Of a stretch of 64,000 bases of DNA, positions 39,981 to 52,595 are shown piece by piece. This stretch comes from Ancylonema sp. Lineage: Eukaryota. Within the stretch, counting starts at the first letter, position 1. The number at the start of each line of letters is the position of its first letter. Made by a program: the position numbers and the translations under genes. The stretch spans positions 1-64,000 of the forward strand of contig JBFLGF010000077.1 of the NCBI GenBank assembly GCA_050230475.1, written 5' to 3'. Under the pieces are notes generated by a model. It worked only from the letters and a program-made list of their open reading frames with translations, was not told the DNA's origin and ran no database searches.

Positions 39981-40993
39981 TGTGATAAGCCCAGTGTTAT
40001 TATAAGTGAGTTGTGTATTTTAAGATGATGCGGTGAAGGGCACTAGTAACGTTTAGGAGTTGAGCCTCTGTGCGTTTGGAACATTATTTGTCCAGGAAGA
40101 ATTTGTAGTGTAGAAAAAGGTAGTTGTAAATAATGAGAGGTACACAGGCGAAATGATGAGTGATAGAGCGCCATATTTTGGAGGAGGAGCACAGTCGGAA
40201 ATTGTTCAAACAGCCAAGTTACTTAGGTGTCTAATGGAAAAAGAGTTGTTGACAATTAGATGCACAAACATTGTCCATAACCAGTGATGTCGATTTCTAT
40301 CATTGCTTTGTTTTTACTTGTATGTAAGTGTTTCAACAAGCAAACCGAATAATGACTGTTATTGGGTTTGAAGTTTTATGCGATTGCTATTGAAGATCTG
40401 GCCAATTTTCTTTATCCCATTCTAGTTACGTGAGAACATTTGAATATAATTTTCTTTTGCAATTTGCTCACTTCCTTCTTTTAGTCATATATCTGACAAT
40501 TCTCTTCCTATACAACCTTGGGTACACACCAAATTGGGAACACACCAAATGGTGATTAAGATTTCATTACTCAGGGTCTACGAATCTTTTGTATAACCAA
40601 CAATGCCAGCTGCAGTAAAAGAACGGCTAGCATTTACAAATGGTCAAAATTGATGCTGGCAGCCATACACTTAACTCAACATTCGGTACAGGGGTGGAAC
40701 CACGCTGAGCTCCAGCCAACCTTGCAACAAAACAATTACAATGATATCACTGACGACTAGCTGGTATGTGGAGGCAGTTTTCATGGGGTGGGCAGGGACT
40801 ACCAACCTACAAACTACCTACAAGTACATTCAGATTCTCCCAACCCCAATTGCCCATGAGTGGTACTGTCGATTCGCACGGACAAAGACGTTCCACGCAA
40901 GACACTAGCCATATATCCCAATGCCGGATCTGAAAGTAGAGTTGCAAGCACTGCCAGACTTCCTCCCAACGCAGTTGCTGACGTGGTGCCACG

Positions 40994-43707
40994 TCAAGAC
41001 GATGCAATGCTCTTCAGCACCGTCTCCCTCATCACCTCCTTTGGGGCTGCGCACAACCACAAACCAAAAACCGCCTTGAACACCACTACATGTATGCTGC
41101 ATCCCCACCTAAAAAAAAAACAGAAGGCAGAGTTCGACTCTCACCTTTCCTCCCCGTAAACAGTTCAAACTGCTCTGCTGCCTGCCCAATGAACATCTCG
41201 AGTCCACTAACGATGGTGGAGCCCACCTGCCGCGCCTCCGTGAGCAGTCGGGTCTCCAGGGGGGTGTACACCGCGTCAAACACAACGCTGTACCCGCCCA
41301 ACCCGGACTGCAACCCCCAACCCCACGCCTGTCACTCTCTCCTCCCCTGCCACACACTGTTGGAGGTTGGGGGCTGGGATATGTACCGCTGGTACAGGTG
41401 TCTCGTCCACTCCGGGCTGCATCCCGACCGAGGTTGTGTTGGCGAGCACGGGAGCCCGCAGGGTGACGTCAGCACCACCCTCCTTCCCCAGGGCTGCCAC
41501 CTCACCCCACTCCGCCCGCTTGGCCAGAGGCACTGCCCAGGCCCCCACCGATGTTGCCAACTCCTGGGCTTTCTCTGCACAGGAGACAGCACCAGATGCC
41601 CACCAATCAGTCATCTGCTCGGGTTGGGGTCGGGGCTGGGGCTGGGGTGGGTGACTAAGGTCGTACCAAAGTTTCTGTTGGCAATAATGACCACCGCGCC
41701 CTTCTGTTTGGCTCCAAAAGCGATTGCTCTTCCCCCCCCGCCCGCCCCCACTACCACGCACAGCCGCCCTTCCAGCGGGCTCTTCAGCCCACTAGCCTCA
41801 TGCCCTTCCCGTTCCCGCAGCCCCTCTTCAATGGCGGAAATGGCGGCCCCCACGTCCGTGTTGTACCCGACAAGTTTGCCGTCGCTCGGGCGGCGCACAA
41901 TGGTGTTCACAGCGCCAATGGACTGAGAATAAGAGGACAGACTGTCAGCATAGGGGAGGTGTGACGTGGCGTAGTCCCCCCCCCGGTCACTCACTTTTGC
42001 CAGCGGGTCCACCTCGTCGCAGCTCTCCAGAGCTGTCTGCTTGTGGGGGATGGTGACGCTGCGTGAAAACGAACAAAGACAGCGTTATAACGGAAGCCGT
42101 CTTTGGGACGAAGTCCTCCCACACCTGAAGTCCTCTCCCTCACCTGAACCCGGCAAAGTCTGGCGAGTCGTAGGCTCTGAGGAACCCTCTGACGTCATCC
42201 ACCAGGAATGGCACATAGATTCCGTCCAGCTGGTACTCCAGCAGCCCCCGGTTATGCAGCACCGGTCCCTTGCTGTGCCCCACGGGGTTGCCGATGAGGC
42301 CGTACACTTTGGTGAAGCGGCCCACCCTCCCAATCCGGTACACGTGAGCCAGCTCCCCAACCGTGGGCTGCCCGGGGGCGGACTCCTTCCCTGACCCTAG
42401 GGACCCGAAGGTGAGGAACGCGCCGAACTTGGGTGCCAGAAGTCGGCTGATCTGACCCCGGAGCCCCATGACGAGTGCGATGGTGGGGATCTGGACGCGT
42501 CCGAGCAGCTGGAAGATCCGTGCCGTGTCGCACACGTCTGTGGCGAAAGTGGCGAATTTGACGATATCCGCACCCGTGGCCTGGATGCGCGCGATGAGGT
42601 CCGCCAGCTCCTCCGTGGAAGGGGTGGAGGTGTAGTTGTGGGAGGAAACGATGATTTGGGTAGGGGTGGGGTGGTGGCCGGCGGACGGCTTCGGGTTGGG
42701 GTTGGGGCTGCCCCCGCTGCCCTCCCGCTGGCGGGCAATGAACTCCTCCGCCACCTGAAGCTCCACGTCCACAAAATCTACCCCTAATTCGATGGCCTGG
42801 CGGAGGGTGTCCAGCCGCGCCTCCTCCTCGCCCTCATACTCGCCACCCTCCCACACAGGTCTGCCAGAACGACACAGAATAGCGGGTCAGGCGACTGCTG
42901 GACTACCAATGCCGGAAGAAAGGGAGGTGGACCTGGAAGCTTACAAGTAGATAGCCTACGGAGGATGTCCCCCACAACATTGTCACAACGCTGAAAGATT
43001 AGAAAAAGTGCGAGTGCGAAGACACCGCATATATGCAATACGAGCTCCTCGGAAACCTCTCGGCACGACTTTTGGATTCTGTGTCTGTTCCCGAAGTACG
43101 GTTCCACTATGCCGTGCTACTTTCCTCCCATGTTTAGGAGTGTGGAATATCCCCTGCTACCTCAGACGAGTCACCGGAATGAACCAAGAGCTTCAACGTT
43201 TCCGAGCGCCTTTCAGTTTTCCAGCTACTTCTGGGTACAAGGTTGGAAGAGAGGTGTCTGACCGTCACTCACTTGGTGGCCAATGCACTGCCAGCAACGC
43301 GTCTTTTTTTCAGCTCAGTAGTCTTAAATTTTGCAGCTCAGTAGTCAAAACTGTCAGCTTTTGTTTTATGGGATCGAACAGGAATCGCCGTATATTTCTC
43401 AGATTCCGTCCTGAGAGACGTTGTCTCGTAGAATTGCGACCTCACACCTGTATGTGACGATGGCGGGCAGGGACCGTGCACTCATGAGACGCGGAAGGTC
43501 CCTCTTTGCGTCGAAATCGTTGATAAGGTCTAGCCGAATTTCCATAACGTCAGCTCCCGTCTCCTTCGCCTCCACCTCCTGCGCCAACATTCCTTCGACA
43601 GTGTTTGCAGACAGAGCCGCGCAAATGTAGCAACCATTGCGCGCCATGGATGTCACTGAAACTGCTGGTAACCCTCGAGGTGGCTGACCCATGTTGACTC
43701 CTGTCAT
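40994..43707 (-). CDS. Bifunctional 3-dehydroquinate dehydratase / shikimate dehydrogenase (plant-type DHQ-SDH), 7 exons
   Basis: GADVMEIRLD, IVTYR|PVWEGGEYEG, IIVSSHNY, GADIVK, SAPGQP (type I DHQase); GNPVGHSKGP, GFSVTIPHK, IGAVNT, GYNTD, GAGGGGRA, VFDAVYTP, GLEMFIGQA (SDH). Last exon APKEVMRETVLKSIASS*. Start ATG uncertain (43707 or 43647). Confidence 0.92.
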
Positions 43708-44096
43708 CGTTGCGTTTGCGAACCTCAGGTAATCGCAATTGCTACAATGGCGGCAGGTAGGCCGCCGAGGATTCAAAAGTTATCTAAGGAGAGCCAGAAC
43801 ACTCGCTGATGGAATTTAGGCAGCGAACGGGCTTGCGACGTGGCACGCTGGTGACTCATTAGCGCGTGTGTTTTTTGGTCGTGTCGGTCACCGCCAGGTG
43901 GCATTTTCGTCGTTAACTCAAGGCTCCATGTCAGAATTTTGCTGCGACCCTCACCGAGATGCCTGTCGGATCCACCCAATTGGTCAAACCGTCCCAGCCT
44001 CTGGGAAAAGTTCCTCTCAAAGATTGCCACAACATCCCCAAGTCGGACGGATCCGCAGACGTCCACGAGGCCGACAGAAGGAGAAACACGCTCGTG

Positions 44097-45708
44097 CAGG
44101 GATGGCAATTTAGGCCCTAAATTTCCCCCTGGGAGGTTATTAACTTAAAAACCCTAATTAGGGGCTGGACCTAAATTGCTAAATTGCTAAGGTAGACATG
44201 TTTTTTGGGTCCTTCGATAGTACTGAACACAATGGTGCCCCTAACAATTAGCCATTCCAATAAATTAATGTGTTTAAAGCATTGATTCCAAATTATTAGA
44301 CAAAACAGTACTCTCCACGTTTGCAATAGCCCACATGGAACCACATTCACTATACAGTGCAGTCTTGATATAGTGACACACTGTACAGTGACAATCGCGA
44401 TATAGTGACATTTTTTTTGCCCTTTTTCTAATCCTACATAAAAACCTAATCTATATAGTGACAATCGCTATAGTGACACGCGTCATAGTGACCATAAATT
44501 CCCAGATTTTTGTATTGCGATGTCACTAAACGGTGAAACCTCTCTAAATTAATACTGTGAAAATTAATAACCTGTCTATTTTAGTGCATAGTATTCCGCC
44601 CTAGATTGTTTTTAGCCAAAAAGTGACGCGTAAATTAATCACCACTCTAATTTCATTTTTTTTTTATGGTTCCAATATTAGTAATGTAGACAGGTTTTAC
44701 TATAGCGAAAGGACGTTATATCGAAAGCCGTTTAGATGAGCCACCTCCGTTAAAAATATCGACTTGAATTTCACTTTCTCTCGATATGGTGACATTTGCC
44801 TATTGTCGCCCTATCAAATGTCATTATACAGTGTATAGTGACAGCCCTAGCATTCGATATAGTGACATTAAATCCCCATGTCTATAAAATTTTCACTATA
44901 TCGAGACTGCACAATATCATGCATGTTTTATCTCCCACATCACACGGGTAAATAGAAACGTTTTGTTTTCCCAATACATATTTGAGCGTGTTTGTGGGCG
45001 TGTATGGAGAAATCAATATTGTTGTCTAAAACTTAAAAAAAAAACAAAGTTGAAGCGACTAACAAAGACACTCGCTCGTTGCGAAGTCACTTTACAATTG
45101 ATCCATTGCCGCATTATCTTTTCAATATTGGCACTTCCTTTCTAGTCTACCCCGTTGCGCCTTGCGAAACCCCTTGCGAAGTGCCCCCATAGAGGGCCTA
45201 GAGCCCTCCCACCCGTTCGAGGCTTCTCGGGAAGGGGGCGAAGGACAGGCAGTATAGTATATTTCCTCCGAAGAGCCTCAATTCCGAGTTCCCTAGCCGA
45301 CTTAGATCCGTACGCCCTGGAGAGTGGTCACCGTCGCTCAGATCCACAGTCTCAAAGTCCATTGCAGACCGTACCCAATAAGACTTCAAATAATCCTAAC
45401 AGATCGTTATCTGGCTTCTAATGTCCACTCAAAGTATCCGCAATAGCGACACGTCACTTGCCAGTGACTATCTGTCAGTAAGTTTTGGTAGGAAGCCTCC
45501 AACATATTTTTTTTTTCCCCAGAGGAAGAGCAAATTAGGCCCTAAATTGATGATCTGGGGTGGAAAATGCCCCTAAAACGCCCCTAAATTGAGATGTTAT
45601 ATTTAGGGGTTTTTAGGGGTGCTCTCCTGATGTACCCTTATTATGATTTTGTTTTTATGGACTTAAAAACCCTATTTACGAATAGGGTTTTTAGACCTGC
45701 CATCCCTG
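44097..45708. mobile_element. Non-autonomous hAT element
   Basis: TIR CAGGGATGGCA / TGCCATCCCTG, 8-bp TSD CGCTCGTG / CTCTCGTG (7/8), subterminal CCCTAAA repeats. Confidence 0.8.
44355..44914. mobile_element. Tc1/pogo-like MITE nested in the hAT element (possibly with a smaller MITE at ~44531-44702 inside)
   Basis: TA-CAGTGCAGTCTTGATATAGTG ... CACTATATCGAGACTGCACAA-TA, with internal ATATAGTGACA repeats. Confidence 0.65.
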
Positions 45709-45800
45709 CTCTCGTGCACATGGATCAATAATTTTCAAGACGCGATCACACGATTCAAGACGCGTGCACAACGGTCCGTCACAACGGTCCGTTTCAAGAG

Positions 45801-46447
45801 GGGAATTGTTAGGGACAAGGCAAGAAGTGTTAGGGACAAGGCAAGGTCGTATTCAACCGAATCTTGATTTCTGCGCAACGCAACCCAATTCTGGGCCGTG
45901 CGATTCTGAATCCTGGCCATCGGCGACGCCTTACGCCTGACGCCGAACCTGACGTTTCAAAATAATTTGCGTACAAGTTGGCTAGTCTGACGGCCGTCGG
46001 CCTTGGAGATCTGCGAGCTATACTGGTTATTTCAGAGTTATGGGCACGGGAGTGACCCCTGTACCGTACACGCCACGTGCTCCGTAACCCGCTACCCAAC
46101 AGTCTTGGATCTCGAGGGTTGACAGCCATAACCCGTATCCGTATTCGATCGTAGCCCATAACTCACAGATCTGGCAGGTGGACCCGCCGTGACGCATAGC
46201 CCTCAAATTAATAACCAAATGACCGGATTCCGGCCGTCCAACTGTCGTCTATTTCGACCGTGTCGCGCCGAAAATATAGTTTCTTCGTCAGACGACAGTT
46301 TGTCCTTGTCAGTCAGTTTGTCCTTGTCGTTTTGTTCAAAACGTGCGGCCCAGAATTGTTTGAGTTGCGTCGCGCAGATATTGAGATTCGGTCGAATACG
46401 ACCTTGCCTTGTCCCTAACACTTCTTGCCTTGTCCCTAACAATTCCC
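45801..46447. mobile_element. Mutator-like MITE (647 bp)
   Basis: ~100-bp TIRs starting GGGAATTGTTAGGGACAAGGCAAG and a perfect 9-bp TSD TTTCAAGAG (45792-45800, 46448-46456). Confidence 0.9.
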
Positions 46448-48489
46448 TTTCAAGAGACCTGAGTTTCATCAGTTCCTTTCGGCTGGTTGAAATAATCTGA
46501 CATGGACCGAACATCTGTACCATTCTGTCCACGTCAGACCCTGCCGTGTTCGTGATTGACTGATTTTGCCGGATTAGACGATTTTAATGTTTTTTGAAGT
46601 CTGGATGACATGTCCGCGGTGACATGTCGTCATGTGATTGGCTTACTTTCACGTTTTCTTGAAAATTTGCGTGAAAATTTTGCGTGAGATTCTTTCTGTG
46701 TTTCGGGGGTTGGAGGTTGTAAGGGCATTCACTATCACCTCCGACTTAAGCCCCGTTCGACTTGGCTTCCGTACTTGCGCCCGAAATTAGTCAACAGTAA
46801 GTCTTTCCGACCCAAAATGGGCATTCGTCATCGCCCGACAAGACTTAGAATTAAGAATCGCCATGCTAAGTCTTTCACCGAAAGACTTGAAGTCCTTGCG
46901 ACGCTGCTAAGTCGAAAGTCCACACGTGTGCGGGACTTAGCGCCGCACGCGTATGGCTTAGCTGCGCCAATAAGAATGCGAACAGCTGAAGTCAATCGCT
47001 CGTGTATGTCGCGTCATGAAAATTCTTGGGAACGGGGAGCCGCCCCGGGCACAGGGCGCAGAAGACCTCCTCACTCACTGTCCACACACTCAGGCGCTGA
47101 CACGATTTGCCCGCATCAAGTGTATTTTTCGCCAAATTCCATGTTTTTTTGACAAGTCGATAGCTGCAGACATCTTCTAGTTTGTTTTATAGTTTTTGAC
47201 AAAAAATTAAGAGAAACTGACGTCTATTTTTTGAACTATCACATTTCGCGCGTTCTGGGGCTGATATTTCTATTTCTGGCACTGTGCAATATTTAAAATA
47301 CAGAATTTGATTTTGTAAATGAATTCTGGAAGAAGAGAAGATAAGAATTTGTATGCATGTTTCCGATCTTCAAGCACAAATGAATCGGTGAATAGCGGAT
47401 AAGTCGTATAGGTAGTAGGAACGCTGGCCGGAAGAGGAGAGGAGGCTACCAGCCGCGAAATTTTGTTTCGCTGATGTGGCAGCCACACGTGCCGCTGCAT
47501 GCGGCATTATTTTAAGTATTAAGTGCCAGTACCCGACGGACGATAGCGACCCCGTCCTGGCTTGGCTTAAGTTCATGAAATCCCGGGGCTACCCCCACCC
47601 GCAAGTCTAAGCTAAGCGAAACAGGCAAAAGACGGGGTAATGATTATTTTCGTTTAAGCCAAGTCGAACGGGCTAAGTCGGCGGTGATAGTGAATGCCCA
47701 TTCACTATCACCTCCGACTTAAGCCCCGTTCGACTTGGCTTCCGTACTTGCGCCCGAAATTAGTCAACAGAGTCATTCCGACCCAAAATGGGCATTCGTT
47801 ATCGCCCGACAAGACTTAGACTTAAGAAGCGCCACGCTTAGTCTTTCACCGTCAGTTTCAGTCTTGCAAACATATTCTAGTTTCTGAAAAAAAAATCAAG
47901 AGAAACTGACGTCTATTTTTTGAACTATCACATTTCGCGCGTGCTGGGAATGATGTTTCTATTTCCGGCACTGTGCATTATTTAAACGACAGAATTTCAT
48001 ATTGTAAATGAATTCTGGAAGAAGAGAAGATAAGGATTCGTATGCGTGTTTCCGCTCTTCAAGCAGAAATAAATCGGTGTAGAGCGGATAAGTCGTAGAT
48101 GAGGTAGGAACGCTGGCCGGAAGAGGAGAGGAGGCTTCCAGCCGCGAAATTATGTTTCGCTGATGTGGCAGCCACACGTGCCGCTGTATGCGGCATTATT
48201 TAAGTAGGGAAAACTTAACAGCATGCAGTTTTCCTTAACAGCACGCAGACGTCAAATCGGGTACCGGCTGGCGGTCTGGCCGTTCGAAACTTGCCGTCAA
48301 ATTCCCCGGAGTTAACAGCATGCAGTTTTCCTTTTTGGCATGCGGTCGTCAAATGAACCGGGATCCCAATTCCACGGCTTCAGCTTGCTGTAATCGTCTG
48401 CTGCACGACGCTCCAGGTCTCTTTCCCTCTCTCCCTTGAATCGTACGCTCTCCAGTCCGCATGCCCCATGTCATTTCGCGGTCATCGCT

Positions 48490-49320
48490 TCTCGGCGTTA
48501 TTTGAGAATCACATCTTTCATGGTAAGAATCCAATTACCGCCTGGCACTATTGATTTTCTTGTATATGTGATGTTTCACCGTCTTGTGGACGTGTGAGGA
48601 TCAGTACTCCTGATTTCAATTTCCTGGTGATGATGATTGGTAATTGTCTTCTTGCCCCGTAGCTGTCTCTCTCCTAAACCGTGCGGCCTTCATTCCGTTG
48701 CCACTGCCACGATTCTAAGCGTCATCACAGATTCACAATTGTCATGGTGAGTAATATATTGCCGCTCTAAAGTACACTGCTGTTACCCTGTGGTGGACGT
48801 ATGACTCATATTATTGGTGGAGTTGCGCTGATGATAGCGGATTACTGAATTGTTATGTGATTCTGTACCGCTTTCTTCCCCCCCCCCCCGTGAATAGTGC
48901 GCCCATCATTTCGCATGCCAGTTCCACAATTCTTGGAGTATTATTACATTCATAAATGTCATGGTTAGCATTCAAATATCGCCTTAAAGTCGATTTGAGT
49001 TTTGTGCAAGTGATGTTTTATCCTGTGGTGCTCATGTGAGGATCATGACCTACAATTCAGTGTGTTGGTGGAGTGGCGCAGGTGATAGTGTGAAGTCGCT
49101 CCGAAACTCACTATATCCCCCTGAATTGTGGGCCTTTCGCCACCTCCATGATACAATAAAACTTGGCGTCATCTGAGATTCACAATTGTCATGGTATAGG
49201 CTCTAACCGTCTTGTTTTGTCATGCTCTACTTTTATCCGAGAGATGTGATGATCACGTTGATTTGAAATTGTGATGCAATTAAGGAGATGGTGAGGCAAC
49301 TACATGTAATTATTATCATA
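48490..49320. repeat. Diverged ~225-bp subterminal tandem repeats (~4 copies) in the MULE
   Basis: Anchor GCGTCATC..AGATTCACAATTGTCATGGT recurs at ~48494, 48720, 48936, 49166. Confidence 0.6.
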
Positions 49321-49494
49321 GCATGTAGGGTCGCTCTACATTCAGATTCATTTCACCACCTTATTGCATTTTTTTTTCTTTTCCTTATAAATGGTGTACC
49401 TATTGTAAACCAATTTTGTGAAGTACACCTATTTTCCTTCATAAAAAATTGATCAACTCTCTCTATACTCCTTATATGTCATTCCATATAGGCT

Positions 49495-49785
49495 TGCCTC
49501 AAACCACCCCCGGAGAATGTGGTGTATGAATCTCGAAAACTTATGCAGGAGGGACTGCATAAACATGCGTTCAGCCAGGGCTACGCGATCACCACATTGT
49601 ACTCGCACCCATCCTGCATTGTCTTCCAGTGTGACCGAGGTGGTGCTAAAAGATTGACCCCCTTGGGTTGACCCCTCAAACGTGACCCCTCTGGGTTCGA
49701 GTACCATGAAGAGCTCCCAAAGAAAAAACAACGGGTGTTCAACTTGTGCGGACATAATCGTCTCAAGTGTCCAAAAGTGGTAAGG
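49495..49785 (+). pseudogene. Internally deleted MULE transposase remnant
   Basis: N-terminal FAR1-like KPPPENVVYESR...HAFSQGYAITT...FQCDRGG joined almost directly to C-terminal-type RDPSGFEY...CGHNRLKCP. No DDE core. Confidence 0.6.
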
Positions 49786-50126
49786 TTTTACAATCGCATT
49801 AATAATTATACTTTTAGCAGGGTGACTCAATTAAATCGCTTGGAAATTACTTTTGGGTTTTGACTTCATTGAATTGTGTTCAATCATAATAATTGATGTA
49901 ACTTCGTATACGTTTGTATTGTGTGAAGATGGACCCGGACCACGCAAACGCCGACCCGCCAGGTGGTGCGGAAGTTCCTAGAGAGAGTGTTAATAGACGA
50001 GGAGGTAAAGCATTCACACATTTTTACCCAAATCCACATTTCAATATGGGAAGAAGTTTACGGTTTCATGTAGGTTCATGGTTGGTGCAGATTTGAAGAA
50101 CCTACGACCAAGCTCTACCTCTGGGC

Positions 50127-50369
50127 GTGTTGCTGAGGAGTACAAGGAATGTACACCCGGATGGAAATTGTGGATTTAGGGCCCTCGCGTTGGCAGTTAG
50201 AGGAAACGAAGACGAGTGGGTCCATGTTCGGCAAAACATGACACTTCATTTGAGTGAGAACGCGTATTTATTCGGGGAACTTTTCCAAACAGAGTTCGAC
50301 TCGATATTTGAAGCGGTGGAGTGCATAGACATCCCGGTCCCGTTGTCCACTTGGATCCGCAATGGCTAG
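50127..50369 (+). pseudogene. OTU-like cysteine protease fragment (MULE-associated type)
   Basis: NVHPDGNCGFRALALAVRGNEDEWVHVRQNM. Confidence 0.7.
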
Positions 50370-51255
50370 GTGTGATGTGTGGTCGGCGGAGTAGCCGACC
50401 CGGCCTAGAACACATACATGACCTCATCAAAGACGGTTTGATGGCTTGGAACGATATGTTTGACATGATTGAATAGGAGCAAGCGTCGATGTTGAAAGCA
50501 AGAGTTCAAATTGTACGTATATGATAGTGGAATGCACCCTTTATTTGTTTAATGGAAATGAAGTTTGGGGTCATTGAATGCGATTTGAATTATAACTTCA
50601 TATTCACTTGATACAATAACTCATCAATACACCTCGCCATTTGTTGTATATTGTTCAACACATGAATGAATTGATATTTGGTTAACATTCAAGCATTGAG
50701 TTCCATGGCATAATACTAATCACAATCGATGTTTCTCGCAAACTCTCGACACTAAAATGTGATTCATTAATAGACTTGCACCTAAAGTGTCGCCAGTACA
50801 GGACAACTGTGATTGCAGTACATATCACATCATGAAGACACCAAATTGCAATCGGCTATTTCTTGTGTAAAGACTAACTATAATCCGGATCCAACACCTC
50901 GGGACCCCGGGTGTCCGTCCGTGTAATTATGAGGATGGGATACTATTCATATACCCAATTGAAACAATTTGTAATTTTTGGCAACAAACATCATGCACTA
51001 TGGTACACATCATTGAGATACGAAATTTACCGCGTCCATTCGCTTTATCTCATGCGCAAAAGTATGCTAACATAAGAATGCAAATACAAAAGAGCATAGC
51101 ACTCGGCTATCCAACGTGAAATATAGCCTTCCATGCTATCAAAGCTTCTTTAATAAGGTCATAAATATGAGTAAGATCAGGTCAACTACCACGCTGACGA
51201 CACATTACACCTAGCAAATTATAGCCCGGCAGGCTCTTCATAGAAATTCACCCCC

Positions 51256-51490
51256 TTACATACAGACTCGAACTCCGTTTCGAAGAAAAACGTCCCGGAA
51301 TAGGGACTCGTTGTCCACAAGGTATAGCGTCATGCTCCCGAGAACAACCTTCCAGTTGTCTTCACTACCCGTCGCTGAAAGCGAGAGTGCACGAAATCCA
51401 CAATGTCCATCAGGATTGACATCCCTAGGTGCATTAACAAAAGTCTCCAATGGCAGAGCGGCCTCATGATATCCCAGAATCTGCGCCATC
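51256..51490 (-). pseudogene. Second OTU-like cysteine protease fragment, opposite orientation
   Basis: DVNPDGHCGFRALSLSATGSEDNWKVVLGSM. Confidence 0.7.
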
Positions 51491-51502
51491 CCGTATTTCA
51501 TT

Positions 51503-52392
51503 AACCCGATGTATGTGGGAAAATAATAATAAAAAATCTTAAAACACATGAAGTGAGTTGATGAATGATGAAAAACATGAGATTGAAAGGCATTAATGAG
51601 AAAAGAAGGATAAGATACTGTTTTCCAATATTTTGGACCGGCATTTTTGCATTCATCATAGTGTTCAATACAAGAAACAAAAAAAAAGGGAGAAAATTTG
51701 TCGTCGTGTTTACTCATGTGTGTATGCTAGTACTAGTGGCGGAGATAATGTGTAAAAAATAATGTGAAAATATGATTGGACGTGTTTCGCGAGAGCGGGG
51801 GAAAAATATAAAAATTCAAGTAAAAAATAGAACACATCATCAACACCATAGGATGGTAGACCATAACATGAACCCGATGTATGTGGGAAAATAATAATAA
51901 AAATCTTAAAACCCATGAAGTGAGTTGATGAATTATGAAAAACATGAGATTGAAAGGCTTTTATGAGAAAAGAAGGATAAGATACTGTTTTCCAATATTT
52001 TGGACCGGCATTTTTGCATTCATCATAGTGTTCAATACAAGAAAATTTGTCGTCGTGTTTACTCATGTGTGTATGCTAGTACTAGTGGCGGAGATAATGT
52101 GTAAAAAATAATGTGAAAATATGATTGGACGTGTTTCGCGAGAGCGGGGGAAAAATATAAAAATTCAAGTAAAAAATAGAACACATCATCAACACCATAG
52201 GATGGTAGACCATAACATGAACCCGATGTATGTGGGAAAATAATAATAAAAATCTTAAAACCCATGAAGTGAGTTGATGAATTATGAAAAACATGAGATT
52301 GAAAGGCTTTTATGAGAAAAGAAGGATAAGATACTGTTTTCCAATATTTTGGACCGGCATTTTTGCATTCATCATAGTGTTCAATACAAGAA
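51503..52392. repeat. ~349-bp tandem repeat, ~2.5 near-identical copies
   Basis: AACCCGATGTATGTGGGAAAATAAT restarts at ~51503, 51871, 52220. Confidence 0.9.
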
Positions 52393-52595
52393 AAGGGGCG
52401 CACCATGATAACGAGTTTTTCTCGCGGTGAGACAATCCGTATGGCACGACCCAAAATCACCAGGCGATCAGTTCGCAATTGCGCGAAGATACTGCCTGCA
52501 TTGGTACCAAGCATTGTATGGCCAATTAGGAAGACAACGAGATAAAACGTTGAAACAGAAACCTTTTTCGGATTACACATCATGATACAAACATT

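Noticed and set aside
44110..45700. Interstitial telomere repeats (CCCTAAA)
   Set aside because: Scattered single motifs near hAT termini rather than a tandem array. Better explained as subterminal repeats.
51503..52583. Repeated small ORFs or a CRISPR-like array
   Set aside because: A plain ~349-bp tandem duplication with no repeat-spacer structure and no cas genes.
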